From assembly GCA_965203295.1 (NCBI GenBank), contig CBDBCZ010000016.1, positions 1,152,001 through 1,216,000 on the forward strand: a DNA stretch of 64,000 nucleotides, written 5' to 3'. Under the pieces are notes generated by a model. It did no database searches, was not told the DNA's origin, and saw only the letters and a program-made list of their open reading frames with translations. A program made the position numbers and the translations under genes. This document shows positions 55,733-64,000 of the stretch, piece by piece; positions within the stretch are counted from its first letter, which is position 1; the number at the start of each line of letters is the position of its first letter. The DNA comes from Nitrospirales bacterium. Its GTDB lineage: Bacteria > Nitrospirota > Nitrospiria > Nitrospirales > UBA8639.

Positions 55733-58401
55733 ATGTCTCTGATGGAAGGGGATGAGCAGTTATGCCCAAGGGTAATCTACGACTGTGGCAACAGTACAGT
55801 GGAGGGACTTGCTGGAAGTATAGCTGCTTGCTGTGTCCTGATTATTGCAAGTCTGTTTTCGTGCATTGGTGCTGTTCTTATCTTGATTGCCTACTGCACA
55901 CTCAAGGACATTCGAAAGGGTGCCCAGACGATCATAACTGTCTTAGCTGTTGCAGACATAATTTATTCAAGCTCATTAATTCTGGCTGGTATTACCTACT
56001 TCGTATACTACAAAGAGACTCGCCAAGAAGATTGTCAAGTTTATCAAACCATCTGCAAAATACAAGGATTCATTACAATCTTGGGAACGTGGGGTACCTT
56101 TATGTGGACCTCGATTCTTGCGTTTTACTTCTTCATGCAGTTTGTGTTCCATGCTGTTAAAATGGCTACCAAACTCATTCCTCTATACAATATCCTGGCG
56201 TGGGGCATACCAATTGCTGTTGCTCTCCCTCTCTTAGCACTGGATAAACTTGGACTATATCCGGGATGGTTGGTGTGCGCTACCAAGCCAGTGCCGAACG
56301 GCTCTCCAGGACAAAACGCTCTGTTGTTGCTTCTTGGAGGATGGCTACCAGAGCTGATCAGTATTGCCTTTGTGATAATACTCTACACCATTATTGGGAT
56401 CCATCTATGTATACAGGTATGTCTGTATAGCTATATTCAAGAATCCTATAAGATTCTGAATTCTGCATGGAGAATATTTGTCGTGTACACACGCACGCTA
56501 AAGCTGTGTGGGAGTATGCATCACTTTTCCCAGCCCTGGTATACTACTCAATCTCTAGCCACATTGGTTGTTAGCTATATAGTTGGTGTACCTATGGCTA
56601 AATTGCACTGTCTATATAATTATATTAATTTCTCACATCATATATTCTTGAGATAATTCTGAAATCCCTCACAAGGTATTTAGCCATACATGCCTATTTC
56701 GAAGCGTTATTTTTCCATGATATGCATGCACGGATTTAGCTATACAGCTGATGCGTAGCCTCAGTGGAGCCTGGGAACAAGGCTAGCAAGGTGCGAGCAG
56801 TCAGTCCTTGGAGAACTGAAAAATTTTAACCACATTTTCTATATAGCGCCTGTGCATGTGTATTAGTAACATACGGTATCAAAATTTTCATGAATAAATT
56901 GCACATTTTATGCTGCAAAATAAAAGTTCTACTGACTGTGTGTATAACGTTCAACTCCTATTAGTCCATGCATGCATGCCATGTCCATCCCCTTAACATT
57001 ATTAAAGGCATGCATGCCTTCACGTATATAATTTTTGTTATTTGCACATTATCATGTATATCTTGAAGAGATGAAATGACCATCTATCAAACATGACTTT
57101 ACTTTGGGCAGAGACGAAGGATGAGGCTAACCACCGATATGGGACATGTAGAGAAGAGGCTATTACTTATTCCGATTGTCTACATTTTTCTCCGAATGTG
57201 GAACACGGCTGAATTTGCACTGCTGTCCAGTCGCTCCTTTAATCCAGATCCTTGCAGCCCACATTCAACTCAGACATTTTTTTATGTCATCACCATTCTA
57301 CAGGTAAATTTAGGAAAGCCACAGGAGTTAATTTCATGCTGTAGTGTTTATGTAATAGCTTGCAGATGTTATTAAGAAATACTATATTCAGTAATTATTG
57401 CTGAAGATGGAATTTTGCAGTAGCATTATGCATAATTACGGAGGAATGGTAGTATTTGGTTTGGAATTTTATGCATGTCTTTGCTATTTAATTAGTATAA
57501 TTAATAGCATGGCTCCGAATGCAATTAGGGATTAATAGCACGAGTGAGTGGCATTAACTAGGTTTTAAATTGCACGAGGCGAAGCCGAGTGCTATTTGCC
57601 TAGTTGATGCCACTCACAAGTGCTATTAATCCCTATTTGCACGAGAAGCCATGCTATTATTTGTCGCACATCCTCTATTAGGCGCATGGTTGCTTACCAC
57701 CTAGAGTCATAAGCGCATGCGCTTATTAACCAGAATTTACGGTAATTCGTCATCGAAAGGTAGGCGGGGCATAAGCTAATCAGAGCAGCTAGGAGGAATT
57801 AAGATAGTATATAGGTCAGTTTAATAATTCGCCAAAGCATAGCATGTTACATGCATGTGGAGTCTGGGCCTAAACAATTTAAGGCCTATTTTCTTCTACA
57901 TAGATAAAACCAGTACATGCATGCAGTAGCTGCTTTGAAAGGAAACACATTCTATAGTTACGACTAATGTTAAGTGACCTAGTTTTCTTTTTTTACGTGC
58001 AGGTGATAGCAAACTCAAGCCAAGGATGGGTAAATGCTATCCTGTTTGTTTTTCTTTCCAAGAAGATGAGGCAGAGGATATTCTGGCAACCACTTCGGAG
58101 GCTAGCAAAGAAGACAAGAAAGCAGCGTAGGGAGCCCCCCGCTAGGCCACGGTCACTTCCTGGTCACGGCAAACCGTCATCTGAAGGAACTCCCCTTTTT
58201 CAAGAAACTGCTGCTGAAACTGCTCGGGGGTATGATACACATTATTCTTTTCCAACTGAGTTTGATCCCACCTCCCTTACCACCACAAGGCCTGAGTTGA
58301 TCCCTGTTCGTGCTGCCCCAGCCAATGTCGATATGGAATTTTCTACAATTGGAGGAAACGAAACTACCTACACACCTTATACAGATATTGCTAGTACTTA
58401 G
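55733..58401 (+). CDS. 7-TM GPCR, GPR157 / cAMP-receptor-like family
   Basis: Exons 55733-56416 (TM1-5: SCIGAVLILIAY, LAVAD, CKIQGF, WTSILAFY, LAWGIP), 57112-57303 (TM6: RLLLIPIVYIFLRMW) and 58003-58401 (TM7: SQGWVNAILFVF plus cytoplasmic tail). Phase 0 GT-AG introns. Confidence 0.82.
57502..57659. repeat. Long imperfect palindrome with GCGAAGC apex (plus strand)
   Basis: Arms TAATAGCATGGCT..TAGGGATTAATAGCAC..GTGAGTGGCA / TGCCACTCAC..GTGCTATTAATCCCTA..AGCCATGCTATTA; centre GCACGAGGCGAAGCCGAGTGC. Confidence 0.8.
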
Positions 58402-58900
58402 TGATGCATATGCTTTTGAATTTTATCTCATTAGTGCTGCCACTAGGGTTCAATATGAGCTTCATTGTATACACAGCCACATAATACATTTCTGGTGTCC
58501 ACTTTCTGTTTGCAACATTATTTACTAGCTAGCTATGGTTATTTTATAGATCCTGTAGCTAATCCACATATTTCTGCAAGTGTTCGATGATGAGATATTT
58601 GCAGTGATCCTTAGACCATACTATATAACAGTAATTCCCTGCATGCATACATTTTGTAAACACTTCATTGCTCATGTTAGTTTAAGTTCTTCCTGTTCCA
58701 ATAGGCCTTTATCCATTACTACGTAATTATGACGTCTGGGGGGTAATAGTGGGCACTAATTGGAATTCGAAGCGTCGCAAGAAGCGCGAGTGCACCACCT
58801 GTTCTTTCGTTTTTCTGGACTGTCAGCTGTTTTTCAGTGCTTAGTCCATTTCCAAGGTTAGTTCAGTTATTTTTCTCTGCAAAAGATATCTCAAAGTTCG

Positions 58901-60052
58901 ATGGCGACCGCAAATGAAGTTTCAGGCTCTTCATCTTCCCCTCACCCTTCGCGGTCTTGTAGCGACGTCCCTATCCACAAGTGGACTTGCTCTGCGCTCA
59001 AAACCTGGCTTAAGGCCCGCGGATTAAGCTATTCAGCAATGAGAAAGGATGAACTAATAGCGAAGTAAGTCCAGATGTAAATCGATTATCGGTAGACTGG
59101 TAGGGTGGAGCGATTTGTCCCCTCCTTTTTTGTACTTCGGCATGTTTACATTACACAAAATGATAAAGCAAGTACAGGTACATGTACACACTACAGGGCA
59201 AGTAATGTACACTACAGTGCAACTGATCCTTCCATTAGGGTTGAGGGAGCAATCAGGTGTGGGCTTGATTCACCTGTAGAGGAGAGTGAAGAAGAAAATG
59301 AGGCAGCACCAGACGGTTATGAGGCAACACTATCGTCAGAAAGTGGCTGGATAGATGCCGAGTGTATTGATCTACCCCCACTCACCCTCAAGCACATACA
59401 CCAGTACTTCATAACTGGACGACTGCACAAAGAGCGGGTCACTGCATCAAAGCCATTCGAGAGGGGCTATAGACTATTCAGTTCAAGGAAGGTCCAGTGT
59501 CTCTCAATTCATGACGTTACCAGTAACTCTGTTTACTGCATCATCCGTGCAACAGTCTTGCCCTCACAGAAATCTGGAGCATATAAAACAGCCATTGCTC
59601 TAAATAAAACAAATGGGCATGTTATATACGGAAGGTGTACCTGTGTCGCAGGTAACTCAGCCTGCAATCATACTGCTGCACTGATGTTCGCAATAGATGA
59701 TATGAACAGGGAACGGGCTAGCTGTGGAGCCGGAAGTAGTGGAGCCCCTAGTTCAACCTCGCTGCCCAGGAAGTGGGGTGTTCCAGCAAAATCTAAGAAA
59801 GACCCAACACCAGTGAACATGCTGGAGGTAGTAAAACCTAAGTATGGAAAGCTACCGCAACACACCCCTACTGACGTCCAACCCATCGATCCTTCTATTG
59901 GCCTAGTACACATGGCTAGAATCATGTCCCTTCGGGAGGACCTAGAAAAGAATTGTAAGGATCAGATACTTTTCAGTCAGGTGTGGCCATCACAACCAGA
60001 TGCGAAGCAAGCAGACAGGCTAATGAAAATGCAGGCGAGGCCTAAAACATAA
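58901..60052 (+). CDS. Transposon accessory protein with SAP-like motif and SWIM zinc finger (about 325 aa)
   Basis: Exon 58901-59064 (WTCSALKTWLKARGLSYSAMRKDELIAK, SAP-like) spliced GT-AG in frame to 59239-60052 (CTCVAGNSACNHTAALMF = SWIM CxCx(n)CxH; STSLPRKWGVP). Confidence 0.8.
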
Positions 60053-60164
60053 TGTAATTATATATTAATTGTATGTAGCTGATTATATTCATGATGCCAC
60101 TAACACAACATACACACAGTCAACGATAAGAGCACAGAAATAACTTAAGCACAGAAATAACTTA

Positions 60165-61544
60165 TCACTCGTTATCTGAAAGAGAGTCAGTAACCAAAGG
60201 AGGGTGAAACAAACTGAGTGCACAACAAACTCCCCATATGTTATCTACAGAATTTACAAGTGTTAGTGGTACAACATTTTTCAAAATGTGATACTGCTTG
60301 ATGCGGCCAATAGCTCTCTCTACGTGAATTCGAAGGGATGCTATTTGACGCGTAAGAATAACATTCTTCTTAGAAAGCTGTTGATGATTCTTTAAGAATG
60401 GGGGGATATTTAGCTTTGCACCACATACTAGTACATCATACGCAATATCAAAGCCTTTGTCAGCCATAATCGAGTCTCCAGGTTCAATAAGTTCTAGTAT
60501 GCCACAATCACGGGTAAGTGCTTGATCTGAAACTGACCCAGCATATAACTCCGATAAAAACGTAACAGCTCCTGTAGGACATATGCCAACTAAACCCTTA
60601 AAAGTGTTGTGGTGCTTGTAAGATGAGTAGGTCAGTGACTGCACAGACATGGACGAGGGTACTTCAGTAAGTATCTCAGTACAATCAATAATAACTCGGG
60701 TAGTGGGGTAAAATTCTTTAAACTGCATAGGCATGTGTGCATCAAAAACTGCCCTTGACGGCCATGTGATGAGGGGTCTAAGTTGCTGGTTCAGAAACTT
60801 GAGCCAGGTTACACAAATACGAGATACTGTAGCAATGCCAATATCAAATCGATGAGCTAAATCTTGTTCCAATAATCCCAGTCGCAGCCGAACTAATACA
60901 AGGAATAGTTCATCAATGGGTTGCAATACCCGGGCTCGTGGTTTAAATGTCTGGGTAGAGGTACTCTTAATATCACTACGGCATAAACGTAGGTAACACA
61001 GTAGCGGCTCAAGATATCTATAAAGGCACATGAGCACAGGATATGATGAAAGGCCAGTGTAAAACTGTATATCTGCATCACTTCCTTCAAATCGCTTCAG
61101 GAGGAAGCGCTGGGATGTCAATGTTCTTACTTCCTCTTCGAGCCTCAAAACATCTGCCTGCAGCTGCATAATTCTTTCTTCATGTTTTTCAATTTCATTC
61201 TTTGCTACGTCTAGCTCTACCTCAGCTGGTGTTGGAAGCTTTTCTGGCTTTTGCTTTTTGGAAGGTATGGGGTATCGAACAGTAGGAGGGTGTCGCTGCT
61301 TCACTGATTTACTCCATGGAAAAATAGTTGGGATTTGGGAATTAACTGTTTTTTCACTTCCTTCAAAATGCAGGCTGCAAATTCTAGAGTTCTCACTCAC
61401 ACTGATATGTCTTTTAATACTAACTAACCACTTGTATCTCTGGTCAGGTTCTTGGGGTAGGCGATGAAATTTGACACCCTCAAACTCAGGCCTATCACTC
61501 CTGCTACAGCACCCCGGTATGCTGCAAATCTGATGTCGAGGCAT
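60165..61544 (-). CDS. THAP-domain Harbinger-type DDE transposase (459 aa)
   Basis: THAP (CSIPGC..FHRLP..W..ICSLHF..PTIF), coiled coil, HTH (LRLGLLEQDLAHRFDIGIATVSRI) and catalytic motifs IIDCTE, MADKGF, RIHVERAIGRIK. Uninterrupted ORF. Confidence 0.93.
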   Translation of the reverse strand: MPRHQICSIPGCCSRSDRPEFEGVKFHRLPQEPDQRYKWLVSIKRHISVSENSRICSLHFEGSEKTVNSQIPTIFPWSKSVKQRHPPTVRYPIPSKKQKPEKLPTPAEVELDVAKNEIEKHEERIMQLQADVLRLEEEVRTLTSQRFLLKRFEGSDADIQFYTGLSSYPVLMCLYRYLEPLLCYLRLCRSDIKSTSTQTFKPRARVLQPIDELFLVLVRLRLGLLEQDLAHRFDIGIATVSRICVTWLKFLNQQLRPLITWPSRAVFDAHMPMQFKEFYPTTRVIIDCTEILTEVPSSMSVQSLTYSSYKHHNTFKGLVGICPTGAVTFLSELYAGSVSDQALTRDCGILELIEPGDSIMADKGFDIAYDVLVCGAKLNIPPFLKNHQQLSKKNVILTRQIASLRIHVERAIGRIKQYHILKNVVPLTLVNSVDNIWGVCCALSLFHPPLVTDSLSDNE

Positions 61545-64000
61545 GGGAATTGGGCTCAGGCGTTCAATTGAGGCTGTGAAATCTTTCAGTTCTATTCAAA
61601 GTTCGACACACGCAATAGAGTCTTCAGGCAACTACTATCCACGACCGCAATAGAAATCCCACTCTCTTACAAACAGCGCGTTCTCATTCTAGAATACAAT
61701 AATGTGGCCCCACAAATTCAAGTTAAATAAGCAAAGTACTCACCTAGCAACACTTTCCGCGGGTTTCTTCGCCTTTTCCAGCTGCTGGACTCCAAGAAAA
61801 CTGAGGTCTTCCCGCTGCGTTCCGCCATTCTGCGACGCTTCGAATTCCAATTAGTGCCCACTATTACCCCCCAGACGTCATAATTACGTAGCAATGGATA
61901 AAGGTCTATTATAAAAGCATGGGAGTTATAATTATACGCCAGGATGCATCACATGGTACGCACGTGCTTGTTGTGACGTAATACTACACAACCCTGCTCC
62001 CGCGAGCTCGTGCGGAGGAAAAGACAGTGCTCAGTGCTAATCAGTATTGGAAAGCGCCTGTTTCGTATATATACGGAAAACACTGCCACTCCAAACGGTA
62101 AGCGTATGCTGCTGATGATTTCGTCATGTCACTTTTATCATTTATGATATGGTCTACGATCCGATTTTGTCCTTTAGTATGTGTATTATACTGGTACCCA
62201 ACTGTACCCCCATTCTTGCTGTAATATAGGCTCGAAAATAATTATCTAGCTACCTGAGCGGTAATCCCCCCATCCATGGATGTTTAGGACGATCGGTTTA
62301 GGACGTGTTTTTATCGTCTTTTTTTTTTTTTTGCTGTTGAACAGTACTTACATGTCATACCATTATTTTTGCAGCCAGTAATATACCACCTAGCTACATG
62401 TACATGTACATGTGTAGTTGTTTACCTGTTTAATAAGGAGCCTGCTTGAATGTCAGTGAGTGAGAACTACATGTAGGCGCATGCATATTGTATCAACGAT
62501 GATTGACTGTAATAATACACTGGCGTGGGGGCCTGATAGCTAACTATGTTTGGCAAGAAAGTGGAAGTTTTTACATTTGATACAATGTATATAGTCTAAG
62601 AATAGTACAGCTATATACCTGCATGGTAATTTAACACAAGACTGCCCGTTTATTTTACTACAGCTAAACATGCAGCATTGTGTTTGCCTAAAATACCGGG
62701 TCGTCATTTTTTTGTTGTTTCTTAGGGGCTCTATCTCCACTCCTAATTCTTTTACTGAGGCCAAACCAAATTAATTTCCTATTCTTGGAACTTGAGAAAC
62801 TTACACGGTACAAAAGTCCGAGTTAAACTTTAGTGTAGTGTGGTGAAGGAAACTACGAAGTTAGAGCAACAACTTTTGCCTTTAAGCTCAGTAGCTATCT
62901 AGCTACTGCAAGGCACCCTAGCTGAAGTTGTCATGAAACGATTCTCGTTTTTCAAGCTGACCCAGCTAGCTACAGACCTAAAATATTTGACAGGACAGCC
63001 CGTGAAACAACAAATCAATTTGGAATATCCTAACTCTTGTAACGTAGTGCAGAGCTGGTGGTAGCCTACCTGTACCTGTATAGGACTGCTGACTCTTTTT
63101 GCATGGTACATGTACTGCATAGAAAGCTGAAGCTGCCATGCTCATGAAGGTTGTCACCCACCAAAACAAGCTGCACTAGCACATGATAAGTTTCATTTAA
63201 TTTCAGAACTATTTGTAAACTTCTATCACCTATGCACAGTATGTATAGAAAGCAGACTTCCATTCTGTGACTCCATAGGCAGAAACCATATTATGAACTT
63301 CTGTTCTGATAAATTTTAATGGATTCATGTGTATACTAATTTAACCTAGTGCTGATAGCTAATTTAATTATGGTTTCAATGGGGACAAGCTGCTTGCCCA
63401 GACACCCACTCCTAAGAATGAAGACAAGGACCACCAAAAACTTGTACGACATTACATTACGAGTATGCACAATTTCAAACAGAACGCTATCATGTCTACT
63501 ATCGAAGAAGACTACTGCTAGCGACTTTTTGGCCTTCTCCGACTTTAAACAGCATTAAGCACTGTATGTAGCTATCTGTTTCTGGAGCGGCAAATACAAG
63601 ATTTAGGTTGGCCAGTAAAACTAGCAAGTCACACGCACTCATGTGCTGGCTTAGGAATGTCACTGACTATACATGTAGTCAGCCATCTATGCACTTTGGT
63701 AACTGTCTCTCTCAGTAAAGAAATAAACTAGTCAGCGACGTAAGCAAAACTACAGTTTGTCCATCTCACAAAGCCCCCCAATTAATGCAGTCATTATAGC
63801 TAGCTAGGTGAATTGTGTTTCATAATTACATACAACGTAGGAAAAAAAGCAAACAATTCAGTTCATGCTCATTGACTAGCTGTACCCCTCAGCCACCATG
63901 TCAAACCATTGTGTCATTGCGTGAGTTGTATAGTATCCCCAACAGTATATGATACAAATATACAGACGAACCATTTTACTACCTATTCTAGCTACAACTG

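Larger units (their letters stand above)
58703..61907. mobile_element. ISL2EU-like (PIF/Harbinger superfamily) DNA transposon, full length
   Basis: 77-bp TIRs (58703-58779 and 61831-61907, 2 mismatches) flanked by AT on both sides (putative 2-bp TSD). Contains two convergent ORFs. Confidence 0.88.

Noticed and set aside
62000..64000. Short ORFs at the window end
   Set aside because: No recognisable motifs or consistent exon structure.

Overview
Intron-rich animal genomic DNA, most likely a demosponge (inferred from the SRCR/Calx-beta domain repertoire and the repeat landscape). Six spliced host genes were reconstructed by hand from splice sites and frame continuity. (1) The 5' part of a sacsin-like gene (minus, runs off the window start). 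(2) A 19-exon, apparently secreted mosaic protein on the minus strand: SRCR-SRCR-SMB-SRCR-SRCR-Frizzled CRD-LDLa-Calx-beta x2-tandem Ig/Fn3-like C-terminus. (3) ADCK2-like UbiB kinase (minus). (4) Integrin-linked kinase (plus), head-to-head with ADCK2, with unusual pseudo-active-site residues. (5) SHQ1 (plus), with a U12-type intron and a GC-AG intron. (6) A GPR157/cAMP-receptor-like GPCR (plus). Also present: an apparently intact, young ISL2EU-type (PIF/Harbinger) transposon whose accessory SAP-SWIM ORF lacks the usual YqaJ nuclease; a Helentron-like HINE; MITEs; a set of palindromes sharing a GCGAAGC apex and tandem GA/GA mismatches; and an unassigned ~260-310 nt structured, oligo-T-terminated ncRNA candidate between ILK and SHQ1. 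No searches were run: all identities rest on recalled motifs and manual translation.
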